Source of the DNA: Gemmatimonadaceae bacterium
Lineage (GTDB): Bacteria > Gemmatimonadota > Gemmatimonadetes > Gemmatimonadales > Gemmatimonadaceae
Direction of reading: 5' to 3'
Assembly: GCA_040901985.1 (NCBI GenBank)
Contig: JBBDYC010000010.1
Span: 47,081-74,397, forward strand
DNA length: 27,317 nt
In this document: piece after piece, positions 1 to 7,456 of the stretch
Layout of the letters: each line of letters opens with the position of its first letter
Position numbering within the stretch: the stretch's first letter is position 1
The notes under the pieces: generated by a model
What the model was told of the DNA's origin: nothing
Database searches by the model: none
The model's input: the letters and a program-made list of their open reading frames with translations, nothing else
Made by a program: the position numbers and the translations under genes

Positions 1-1
1 G

Positions 2-1423
2 CGGCGCGCCCCCCCCCCCCCCCCGGGTGGGAGTCGCGCGTTCGCGACGGCGGTCGACAATCTCGAGGTGGACTTCCGTCGGATCCTGACCGAGCGCTGG
101 ACGCTCGACGTGATCGGAATGGCGACGCGCGACGCGGGGCCGATCCTCGGCGAGTCGCGTAATCACTATCTCGTGCTCGGCCAGCAGTATCAGCTCGGCG
201 ACCGCACCTCGGTCCGGCTCCGTGCGTCTACCGGCGGCTTCGCCACGCATCGCCCCGGCCTCGGCTTCGGGCGATTCGGCTCGTCGCAGCATTCGCTCAC
301 CGGCGGTGCGCAGTTCCGGCTCCGGCGTTGGGACGTCTCGACGGACCTCAGGGTCGGGATTCTCGGCCGCGAGACCCAACTCTTCAGTGGGGCGATGAGC
401 GAGTTGCGCGTGGCGCAGCAAGAGGCGCAGGTGACGCTCTCGCGCGGCTTCGACGGGGTCGGCCACCTGACGACCGGCGGCGGCGCCCTGCTCACCGGAG
501 ACGGAATGGGGATGCCCCGCGAGGCGCTGAACGCCTTCGTCGGGATCGGCGGGGTGAGCCTGCCGCTCGGACCGCAGACCGTGCGCCTCCACTCCCGGCT
601 CAGTTATATCGCGAGCTCCGTCCAGGCTGCGCTGGTGACCGCGCAGCTCTCGGCGGTCACGACGCTCCCGGGGGGCCTCGACCTGATGGCGACCGTCGAG
701 CGGAATCCGTTCTTCCGTGATCGCCTCGGCCGGGCGACGTGGATGGGCGCACTCCGACTCACCGCCTCCACCACGGTCTTCGTGCCGCGGCAGCTGAAGA
801 AGGTCTCCGGCGTCGTCTACGAGGACCTCAACGGCAACGGCCGTCGCGACGTCGGCGAGGCCGGCGTGGCCGGCGTGGTGCTCCGGCAGGCCGGGATCCG
901 GATCGTGTCAGAAGAGAACGGCGTCTACCGCCTCCCGGCCAATCTCCGCGGCCGGCTGCAGGTGGATCCGCTCGGGCTTCCCGACGGATTCGTCCCGAGC
1001 CCGCAGTTCTCGCGCGACCTCACCGAGCAGCGCGACATCCCGTTGGTCCAGACGGGTTCGATGACCGTCATCCTCGCGCTGGCGGCCGATCCTGATGGCC
1101 GTCTGCCCGACGTGGACCTTGCCAAGGCGCAGGTCTGGCTCCGTGATGCGCTTGGGAACGACTGGGTCGGTCGCGCCTCGGGCGCTGGCGAGTACGCATT
1201 CGAGAACGTCCCGGCGGGCCGCTACTCGTTCCGCTTCGACCTCTCTCGCCTCGCCGAACCGCTGCGCAGCGAGGACGGCTTGCTGGCCGAAGTCGCGCCG
1301 CGCGACCACCGCTCGGTCACCGTGACGCTCCGCGGGCGGAACGTCCGCCTCATCGTGCCGCCGACCCGGTCGGAGCGCGACAAGGGCGGAACGGGCCGCG
1401 GTGGCCGCAGGGCCTTGCCGTGA
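2..1423 (+). CDS. 5'-truncated outer-membrane/surface protein: beta-strand-rich region, SdrD B-like domain and carboxypeptidase-regulatory-like domain (possibly usher-like)
   Basis: The frame of ORF 68..1423 stays open back to base 2. Amphipathic beta-strand pattern in the first half; GVVYEDLNGNGRRDVGEAGVAGVVL is the SdrD-B start motif; GEYAFENVPAGRY is a transthyretin-like/CarboxypepD_reg motif. Confidence 0.65.
   Translation, partial: RRAPPPPPGGSRAFATAVDNLEVDFRRILTERWTLDVIGMATRDAGPILGESRNHYLVLGQQYQLGDRTSVRLRASTGGFATHRPGLGFGRFGSSQHSLTGGAQFRLRRWDVSTDLRVGILGRETQLFSGAMSELRVAQQEAQVTLSRGFDGVGHLTTGGGALLTGDGMGMPREALNAFVGIGGVSLPLGPQTVRLHSRLSYIASSVQAALVTAQLSAVTTLPGGLDLMATVERNPFFRDRLGRATWMGALRLTASTTVFVPRQLKKVSGVVYEDLNGNGRRDVGEAGVAGVVLRQAGIRIVSEENGVYRLPANLRGRLQVDPLGLPDGFVPSPQFSRDLTEQRDIPLVQTGSMTVILALAADPDGRLPDVDLAKAQVWLRDALGNDWVGRASGAGEYAFENVPAGRYSFRFDLSRLAEPLRSEDGLLAEVAPRDHRSVTVTLRGRNVRLIVPPTRSERDKGGTGRGGRRALP
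9..24. repeat. Poly-C run (16 nt) at the contig edge, probable sequencing or assembly artefact
   Basis: Homopolymer seen directly; the other end of the window is also C-rich. Confidence 0.6.
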
Positions 1424-1836
1424 GACGGATTCGCGCCGCCTCGCTGGTAGCTGCCGGGGTGCTGACCGGCTGCTCGCTCCTCACGGCGCCGGGCGGCGAG
1501 GCCGCCGACGCCAGGGGCAGCTGGCAGTACACCGGCACGCAGTCCGCCCCGACGCTCCAACTGCAGGGCACGATGGAGATCACCCAGCAGAGCGGCGAGG
1601 CCATCGGCGGCACCGCGAGCTGGGAGGAGCACGACGGCATCGGGGTCGTTGGGATGGATGGCGGGACGGTTGCCGGGCGGGTGATCGGCGAGAGCGACGT
1701 GGATTTCGACGTCATCACGCCGGCCGGCGACCGCCGCCACGTGGGCCGACTGACGGCGGATACGATGACCGGGGCGTGGGTGCAGCTCCCGGGGGGCGAG
1801 TCGGGCGAGTTCCGCGCCGTGCGGACCGCCCCGTGA
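1420..1836 (+). CDS. Lipoprotein, small beta-rich protein of unknown function (138 aa)
   Basis: Basic N-terminus, hydrophobic stretch and lipobox LTG-C18. GTGA overlaps with both neighbours. Confidence 0.75.
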   Translation: MRRIRAASLVAAGVLTGCSLLTAPGGEAADARGSWQYTGTQSAPTLQLQGTMEITQQSGEAIGGTASWEEHDGIGVVGMDGGTVAGRVIGESDVDFDVITPAGDRRHVGRLTADTMTGAWVQLPGGESGEFRAVRTAP

Positions 1837-2378
1837 CCGTCTTCCGCGCGGTGGTGGCGGTGTTCGTCGCCGGCGCGTGCGTCGCGCCGGCGCCGAGCCT
1901 CGCGCAAGGCAGCTGCCAGATCAATGGCTTTGGCACCCCGTGCACGGTGGGCGGTGATGCCACGCATTCAATCTCGCTGACGATCACCGAGGCCACCCGA
2001 CTGACCGTCGCAAGTTCGACGGTGGCGCTCCCGGTGCCCACGGACGCGAGCTACAACGCGGGAGTCGGCGACGCGGTGCAGCTCCAGTACAATGTGGCGT
2101 CGAACACCTCGTGGGCGGCGACGATCTCGACGTCAGCAACGTATTGGACCGCCAGCCCGATTTCGGCGCGGCAGGACAAGCCGGCGGCTGATCTCCAGTG
2201 GTCCACGACGCTCAACGGCACGTACGTCGACCTCTCGTCCACTCCGACGGCGCTCTCGTCAGGGACCGCCACGGCCGGCGTGATGCCGTCAATCTTCTTC
2301 CGGTCGAAGTTTGCCTGGCTGACCGACGCTCCGGGGTCGTACCAGATTCTCGTCCAGGTCACACTCACCGCGCCGTAG
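1833..2378 (+). CDS. Secreted pilin-like protein (181 aa; chaperone-usher pilin or WxL-like)
   Basis: GTG at 1833 overlaps the upstream TGA, so the 1401 start is unlikely. Signal peptide ends SLA-Q; N-terminal Cys pair CQINGFGTPC; Thr/Ser-rich beta strands; C-terminal PGSYQILVQVTLTAP. Confidence 0.6.
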   Translation: MTVFRAVVAVFVAGACVAPAPSLAQGSCQINGFGTPCTVGGDATHSISLTITEATRLTVASSTVALPVPTDASYNAGVGDAVQLQYNVASNTSWAATISTSATYWTASPISARQDKPAADLQWSTTLNGTYVDLSSTPTALSSGTATAGVMPSIFFRSKFAWLTDAPGSYQILVQVTLTAP

Positions 2379-2398
2379 CGCGGTTCCGATGGGGTGGC

Positions 2399-2887
2399 TC
2401 ACCTGGATGCGACGGTCACCGTCGGCGCGCCCAGCGCCGTGGACCGCGCGACGAGCCGGAGTTCATCCATCCAAGTCACCGCTGCGCCGGTCGCCACGCG
2501 GACGCGGACCTCGACGTCTCCCTGGTTTGTTGCGTCCTCGCCAGCGACGACACGGATGGCCTCCGGTCCGGAGCTCCAGACGTTGCTTGCGGTGAGGATC
2601 TGGACGCCGTCGGGCGTGCCCTCGACGTCGAGATTCCAGGCGGTGTTTGCGGCGACCGTCAGCCGGACCACGAACTCCGAGAGATTCGCCCCCTTGGCGA
2701 CGATTTCCGGCCGGCCGGTGAGGCGAACGCGCAGGAACTCAGGGATCGAGAGGTTCACCTCGATGTTGGCCACGGCGCGGCGGCTGCCAACGGCAATCTG
2801 CTGCGCGTCCATCCGCCCCGCAGGCAGCAGAAGGGCGAGCGCCCCGATCACCAGCGTCGCTGCCCTAAGTCTGATCCGGTCGTCCAT
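2399..2887 (-). CDS. Secreted beta-rich protein, possibly pilin-like (162 aa)
   Basis: GGAG SD upstream of the ATG; signal peptide ends MDA-Q; shares a V-A-[AS]-N-T-x-W motif with 1833..2378. Confidence 0.6.
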   Translation of the reverse strand: MDDRIRLRAATLVIGALALLLPAGRMDAQQIAVGSRRAVANIEVNLSIPEFLRVRLTGRPEIVAKGANLSEFVVRLTVAANTAWNLDVEGTPDGVQILTASNVWSSGPEAIRVVAGEDATNQGDVEVRVRVATGAAVTWMDELRLVARSTALGAPTVTVASR

Positions 2888-2889
2888 AT

Positions 2890-2916
2890 CCCGCTCCAGT
2901 AGTCGTCTGGAGTGGG
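2890..2916. promoter_or_regulatory. Hairpin covering the SD of the 2399..2887 gene, or a weak plus-strand terminator
   Basis: CCCGCTCCAG-N7-CTGGAGTGGG: 9/10 pairs on the minus strand, 10/10 with one G-U on the plus strand, followed by TTT. Confidence 0.35.
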
Positions 2917-2997
2917 TTTCGGATACTGACCCGGCCGACTTGCCGCAGCCGTCACATCGTGTTGCCGGCCTAGGCCAGCTCTATGGGGGAAGGGCTC

Positions 2998-3513
2998 CTA
3001 GTCCCGGGCCGCAAGCCACCCCACCACCGCCTCCCCGAACGCCGGGAGGTCCCTCGGGACCCGGCTCGAGATAATGTTCCCGTCCACCACTACGGCCTCG
3101 TCCACCCAGGTCGCCCCGGCGTTCTGGACGTCGTCGCGGATCCCGACGGTCGAGGTCATCCGCCGCCCCTGGACGATTCCGGCCGAGATCAGGACCCAAG
3201 GGCCGTGGCAGATCGTGGCCACCAGGCCACCCCTGGAGTGGACCCCCCGGACAAGGTCGAGCACCGCCGGGTCCCGTCGCAGCTTGTCCGGGGCCCATCC
3301 ACCGGGCACGAGCACACCGGCCAAAGTGGCCTGGTCAAGATCGGCGAGACTGGCCTCGGTCAACGCTGGATAGCCGTGCTTGCCGCGGTAGGTCTGGCCG
3401 GGTGCGCCAATGAGCGGGGCAGGGAAGCCGGCCGCCTCAAGCCGCAGTTTGGGATACCAGACTTCGAGGTCTTCGTAGTCCGGACCGATCAGGATTCCCA
3501 CCGTGCGGCGCAT
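2998..3513 (-). CDS. pfpI: PfpI/DJ-1 family protein (type 1 glutamine amidotransferase-like)
   Basis: Motifs YEDLE, GKHGYP, VPGGWAPDKLR, nucleophile elbow TICHGP, VVVDGNIISSR. ATG 3513 is preferred over 3522 because TACAAT lies 7 nt upstream of it. Confidence 0.9.
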   Translation of the reverse strand: MRRTVGILIGPDYEDLEVWYPKLRLEAAGFPAPLIGAPGQTYRGKHGYPALTEASLADLDQATLAGVLVPGGWAPDKLRRDPAVLDLVRGVHSRGGLVATICHGPWVLISAGIVQGRRMTSTVGIRDDVQNAGATWVDEAVVVDGNIISSRVPRDLPAFGEAVVGWLAARD

Positions 3514-3520
3514 TTTAGGC

Positions 3521-3526
3521 ATTGTA
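3521..3526 (-). promoter_or_regulatory. Putative -10 element (TACAAT) for a leaderless pfpI transcript
   Basis: TACAAT-7nt-ATG(3513), with no SD directly upstream of that ATG. Confidence 0.5.
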
Positions 3527-3570
3527 TTGTGGAGAAGTCGCTCAGCTGAGCTCGGAACGTCAGAAAGTGC

Positions 3571-3675
3571 AAGAATAGAATAATTCTAACTTGTTTACAG
3601 ATGCCAAGTTATAGCGTTGTATTCAAGTTTATTCTATATGCATAACAACGCAACAGCATGCAGAAACTGCTGCAT
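3571..3675. promoter_or_regulatory. AT-rich intergenic region with several inverted repeats (possible operator or IHF-like sites)
   Basis: About 29% GC over 3571-3650 by hand count. TAACTTG-N11-CAAGTTA at 3587-3611; GCGTTGT-N24-ACAACGC at 3614-3651; ATGCAG-N6-CTGCAT at 3658-3675. Confidence 0.45.
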
Positions 3676-3902
3676 ATCGCGCGCCGATCAGACCCTGCCA
3701 CTCAAAAAGGTCACATTCCTTCTAATTCACAACTCCACCAATCCAGGAGCTCAATTGCCCGACCTTTCGGCGCCTCGAAGCGACTCACAGCGATCGGGTA
3801 CCTAGGCCGGCTGCGGTTTGCCGCTCCGCTGGACTTCCCGAACCTTCGTCACCGTCCAGGCGAGCCTTACGACGTCAAGAACCAACCCCGAACCTTGGAC
3901 TG

Positions 3903-4919
3903 TCATTTCGGCGGAAAGTCACCAGCTCGCTTTTGGGCCTGAAACGCCATCGCGCGGAGCCGGCTGACGCGAAGCCGCATCGGCGGGTGCGTCGCGAAGA
4001 GGTCCGCGACCCGCCCCTCGTGGGAGTTGGCCCACCGGCCGGTCGGGTCGGCGATGCATAGATGGGCCGCGCCGGCCGTAATGGTCTTGGTCGGGTGAAC
4101 CGCACGGTCAATCTTGTCCAGCGCATCGGCCAGGGCCATCGGGTTTCGGGTGAACTGGGCGGCCATCGCGTCGGCGAGGTATTCGCGCTTTCGGCTGATC
4201 CCCATCGCCATCAGCCGGACAATCAAGGGGGCGAGCAGCCAGCTGACCACCCAGAGGACCAGCAGGAGAATCAGCAAAGGATTCCCGCCCTTGCCGTTGC
4301 CTTTCGACCGCGACGACCCGCGCCCACCCCGGAACATGTGGCGGCTGACCCCGTCGCGAATCAGGAGGATTGCCCCTCCCAGCCCGGCCACGAGGGTCAT
4401 CAGCTGCGTGTCCTCATTCTTCACGTGGCCAAACTCGTGGGCCACAACGGCCTGGAGCTCATCGCGGTTCAGGGTATCGAGCAACCCTTGGGTCACCGCG
4501 AGGTGGCTCATTGCCGGGTTGGAGCCGGTCACGAAGGCGTTGGGGTCGGCGTCTGGGATTATGTAAATCCGTGGCCGTGGCACCCCGGCGGCAATCGCCA
4601 TCTCGTCCACCACGTTCTCCAGTTGCCGCTCGGCGTCGGTCTTGGCCTCCGTCAACGGAACGGCGCCGGTGGACCACAGCACCTTCTCGGCGCCGGTCCG
4701 CAATACGCTGAGCACGATCCAGATTCCGGCGCCCACCATAAGGATCCCGAGGAAGGGGACGCGGTGCACGTACTCGACCTCGCCGAGCGGCACCTCCCGC
4801 GACGCGAGCCAGAGAATCAGGTCCCCGCCGAAGCCCAGCCACGCGAAGAACACGAGGAAGGCGCCGACGAGGAGCCACGACTTCCGCTTGTTGGAGGCCT
4901 GTTGCTCGAAGAGGTTCAC
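3903..4919 (-). CDS. htpX: HtpX-like M48 zinc metalloprotease
   Basis: Motifs PNAF, ELQAVVAHEFGH, SRKREYLADA, LFATHP; several TM segments; directly downstream of lemA, a known pairing. Confidence 0.9.
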   Translation of the reverse strand: MNLFEQQASNKRKSWLLVGAFLVFFAWLGFGGDLILWLASREVPLGEVEYVHRVPFLGILMVGAGIWIVLSVLRTGAEKVLWSTGAVPLTEAKTDAERQLENVVDEMAIAAGVPRPRIYIIPDADPNAFVTGSNPAMSHLAVTQGLLDTLNRDELQAVVAHEFGHVKNEDTQLMTLVAGLGGAILLIRDGVSRHMFRGGRGSSRSKGNGKGGNPLLILLLVLWVVSWLLAPLIVRLMAMGISRKREYLADAMAAQFTRNPMALADALDKIDRAVHPTKTITAGAAHLCIADPTGRWANSHEGRVADLFATHPPMRLRVSRLRAMAFQAQKRAGDFPPK

Positions 4920-4951
4920 GCGCGCTCGCGGCTCAGGTCAGGCATCGGCGC

Positions 4952-5524
4952 TCAGGCGCCGCGGCGGAACTCCACCTTTGGCACGTTCCGCTCTGCCGCG
5001 TCCTCGATCTCCCAAAGCTCGGCCGGCACGGCGCGCGCGAACCCCGCCACCAGGTTCGTCGGGAACTGTTGCTGGCGCGTGTTGTAGGTCGTGGCCGTGT
5101 CGTTGTAGAGCTGACGGGCAAACGAGACCTTGTTCTCCGTGGAGGAGAGCTCTTCCTGGAACTGCTTCATGTTCCCGGTGGCCTTGAGGTCGGGGTACGC
5201 CTCGACGACGACCATCAGCCTGCCCAGCGCGCCGGTGAGCTTCGACTCGGCGGCCGCGGAGGCCGCCACGTGCTGGGGGTCGAGACCGGCCGACGCCTTG
5301 ATGGCGCCGTTGCGCGCCTCGATCACCGCCTGGAGGGTGTCCTTCTCGAAATCCATCGCCGCCTGCACCGCCGAGATGAGATTCGGGATGAGGTCGTGGC
5401 GCCGCTTCAACTGCACGTCAATCTGCTTGAGGGCGTTGGCCGTCTGGTTACGGAGCGAGATCAGTCCGTTGTACACGACGACAAACCAGATGCCGATGGC
5501 GGCGAGGATGATCAGCAGGATCAC
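4952..5524 (-). CDS. lemA: LemA family protein
   Basis: N-terminal TM; YNGLI, IDVQLKRRHDLIPNL, EAYPDLKA, ENKVSFARQLYND, FPTNLVA; GGAG SD. Confidence 0.95.
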   Translation of the reverse strand: MILLIILAAIGIWFVVVYNGLISLRNQTANALKQIDVQLKRRHDLIPNLISAVQAAMDFEKDTLQAVIEARNGAIKASAGLDPQHVAASAAAESKLTGALGRLMVVVEAYPDLKATGNMKQFQEELSSTENKVSFARQLYNDTATTYNTRQQQFPTNLVAGFARAVPAELWEIEDAAERNVPKVEFRRGA

Positions 5525-5601
5525 GGCAGGCTCCAGATGAGGAAGGCAAGGCGGCGCAGCAGGGCCGCCGCTGTTTCAGCGCGTGGCGGCCGACGCGCGG
5601 T

Positions 5602-5778
5602 TCACTCGCCGGCCTTTCGCTTGGCGAGGGCGTCCTGTACCCAGGTGAGCGGGATCAGGAAGAACGGCGTGAGGAAGATCCCGAGGAGGACGTTGAGCCA
5701 GGTGAGTCCGATGTAGTAGGCGCCCATGCCGAGGCCGGCGATGAGCGTCCCGAGGGGACCGCCGAAGGAGTGTTCCAC
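5602..5778 (-). CDS. Small membrane protein, 58 aa, not in the ORF track
   Basis: Translated by hand as MEHSFGGPLGTLIAGLGMGAYYIGLTWLNVLLGIFLTPFFLIPLTWVQDALAKRKAGE*. GGAG 8 nt before the GTG; G/C third positions dominate; basic C-terminal tail. Confidence 0.7.
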   Translation of the reverse strand: MEHSFGGPLGTLIAGLGMGAYYIGLTWLNVLLGIFLTPFFLIPLTWVQDALAKRKAGE

Positions 5779-5828
5779 GTCTGCGCTCCGGGTGACACTG
5801 CGAGGGGCCGCTGCTGGGGTCGGACGCG

Positions 5829-5837
5829 TGATATCTT
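5829..5837 (+). promoter_or_regulatory. Putative extended -10 (TGaTATCTT) for leaderless tilS
   Basis: TGn-TATCTT 6 nt before GTG 5844; no SD. Confidence 0.45.
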
Positions 5838-5843
5838 AGCGGC

Positions 5844-6887
5844 GTGCGCGCGCAAAGTGAAGCGGTGGCGACGGCGACTGCGACAGCGGCGGCGGCCGCG
5901 GTGGCGGCGGTGCAGGGGGCGCTCGCGGCGCTGCCGGCGGGCCGCTGGTTGCTCGCGGTCTCGGGTGGGCGCGACTCGATGGTCCTGCTGGACGCGATGG
6001 CGGGCGCCCGGCGCCACGAGATCGCGGCGGTCGCGACATTCGACCACGGCACCGGGGCGGCGGCCACGCGCGCCTGCCGACTGGTGGAGCGCGCGGCAAT
6101 GATGCGCGGCCTTCCGGTGGTGAGCGGCGTGGACGGCGCGCGCGGTGGGGCGACCGAGGCGACGTGGCGCGCGGCGCGCTGGCGCTTCCTGAACGCGTGG
6201 GCCGACGAGCGCCGGGCGACGGTCGCGACGGCCCACACCCAGGATGACCAAGTCGAGACGGTCGTGCTGCGGCTCCTGCGCGGCGCCGGGGCGCGCGGCC
6301 TTGCCGGGATGCGCGCGTCGGGCGACGCGGCGCCGGGTGCGGCCCGCGGCCGGCAGGTGGAGCGGCCGCTGCTCGCGGTGCCGCGCCTGACGGTGGCGGC
6401 CTATGCGCGGGCCCGGAACGTCGCGTTCGTGGAGGACCCGTCCAATCAGTCGCGCGCGCACCAGCGGAACCGCGTCCGTCTCGACCTGCTGCCGGCGCTC
6501 GAGCGCGCGCACCCCGGATTCGGCGCCTGGTGCCTCGACCTCTCGGCACGCGCCGGCGCGTTGCGCCGCGAGGTCGAGCGCGCGGTGGACGCGCTCGCAC
6601 CGGCCCTCACGCCCGATGGCACGCTGGTGGTGCGCGCGACGGCCGTCGCCGAATTCCGCGCCGCCGAGTGGTCGGTGCTCTGGCCGGCCCTCGCGGCGCG
6701 CATCGGCGTCGCGATGGACCGGCGCGGCATCGCACGCGCGGCGGCGTGGGCGCCACGCGCCGCGGTGGGCGCGCGCATCCCGCTCGCCGGCGACGCCGCA
6801 ATCGAGCGGACCGCGGCGACCTTCGTCGTCCGGCGCGCGGCGTCGGGAACGACAGCGGGGAGCCACGACTATATATTGAACAGATGA
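5844..6887 (+). CDS. tilS: tRNA(Ile)-lysidine synthetase (short form)
   Basis: PP-loop AVSGGRDS, DHG, TAHTQDDQVET, RPLL, EDPSN, RNRVR; sits in tilS-hpt-ftsH order. Confidence 0.93.
   Translation: MRAQSEAVATATATAAAAAVAAVQGALAALPAGRWLLAVSGGRDSMVLLDAMAGARRHEIAAVATFDHGTGAAATRACRLVERAAMMRGLPVVSGVDGARGGATEATWRAARWRFLNAWADERRATVATAHTQDDQVETVVLRLLRGAGARGLAGMRASGDAAPGAARGRQVERPLLAVPRLTVAAYARARNVAFVEDPSNQSRAHQRNRVRLDLLPALERAHPGFGAWCLDLSARAGALRREVERAVDALAPALTPDGTLVVRATAVAEFRAAEWSVLWPALAARIGVAMDRRGIARAAAWAPRAAVGARIPLAGDAAIERTAATFVVRRAASGTTAGSHDYILNR
6872..6877 (+). promoter_or_regulatory. Putative -10 (TATATT) for an internal leaderless hpt transcript
   Basis: AT-rich hexamer inside the tilS 3' end, 6 nt before ATG 6884; no SD. 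Confidence 0.45.
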
Positions 6888-7450
6888 GCGCCACCGCTGT
6901 CCCCTCGGCAATTCCCGATCCGCGCCTCCTCGGTCGCGACGTCAAGCGCATTGCGTTTGACGAGGCGACCATCGCGCGGCGCGTCCGCGAGATGGGCGAG
7001 GAGATCACGGCCGCCTATCCCGACGGCGACCTCCTCGTGCTCGGCCTCCTGAAGGGGAGCTTCGTCTTCCTGGCCGACCTCGTGCGGCAGATCCGTCGGC
7101 CGCTGCACGTGGATTTCCTCGTCGCCTCGAGCTACGGCGACGCCACCGTCTCGTCGGGCGCGGTGCGCCTCGTGTATGACCCCGAGACCGAACTCGAGGG
7201 GAAGCACATCCTGCTTGTCGAGGACATCGTGGACTCGGGGCGCACGCTCCAGAAGCTCCTGACGCTGCTGAAGGCGCGGAACCCGCGTTCCGTCGAGATC
7301 TGCGCCCTGCTCCACAAGCACATCGCCACCGAACTGCATCACCCGACGCGCTTCGTCGGGTTCGATGCTCCGAACGAATTCCTTGTCGGCTACGGCCTGG
7401 ACCACGCGGAGAACTTCCGCCACGTCCCGTACGTCGCCAGCCTCCGGTAG
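6884..7450 (+). CDS. hpt: Hypoxanthine phosphoribosyltransferase
   Basis: ATGA overlap with the tilS stop; LLKGSFVFLADL, SSYG, PRPP motif LLVEDIVDSGRTL, VGYGLD. Confidence 0.95.
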   Translation: MSATAVPSAIPDPRLLGRDVKRIAFDEATIARRVREMGEEITAAYPDGDLLVLGLLKGSFVFLADLVRQIRRPLHVDFLVASSYGDATVSSGAVRLVYDPETELEGKHILLVEDIVDSGRTLQKLLTLLKARNPRSVEICALLHKHIATELHHPTRFVGFDAPNEFLVGYGLDHAENFRHVPYVASLR

Positions 7451-7456
7451 GGACTT

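Noticed and set aside
9..24. Poly-C tracts as phase-variation or G-quadruplex elements (also 27249-27317)
   Set aside because: Both lie at contig ends, where homopolymer artefacts are common; they cannot be trusted without reads.
3528..3660. oriC or dif site in the AT-rich spacer
   Set aside because: Only one mismatched DnaA-box-like 9-mer (TGTGGAGAA at 3528-3536), and no XerD-type TTATGTTAAA arm at dif spacing.
3800..3825. c-di-GMP-I riboswitch on the minus strand (GGCAAACC...CCGGCCTA)
   Set aside because: The intervening GNRA-capped P2 stem and GACGCAAAG junction are missing. An Infernal scan would settle it.
3617..3942. Short ORFs 3617..3805 and 3658..3942
   Set aside because: Codon usage unlike the host, no SD and no motifs; likely spurious.
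5860..5915. GCG/ACG-rich stretch at the tilS 5' end as a repeat element
   Set aside because: Simple Ala/Thr low-complexity N-terminus with no defined unit or flanking structure.
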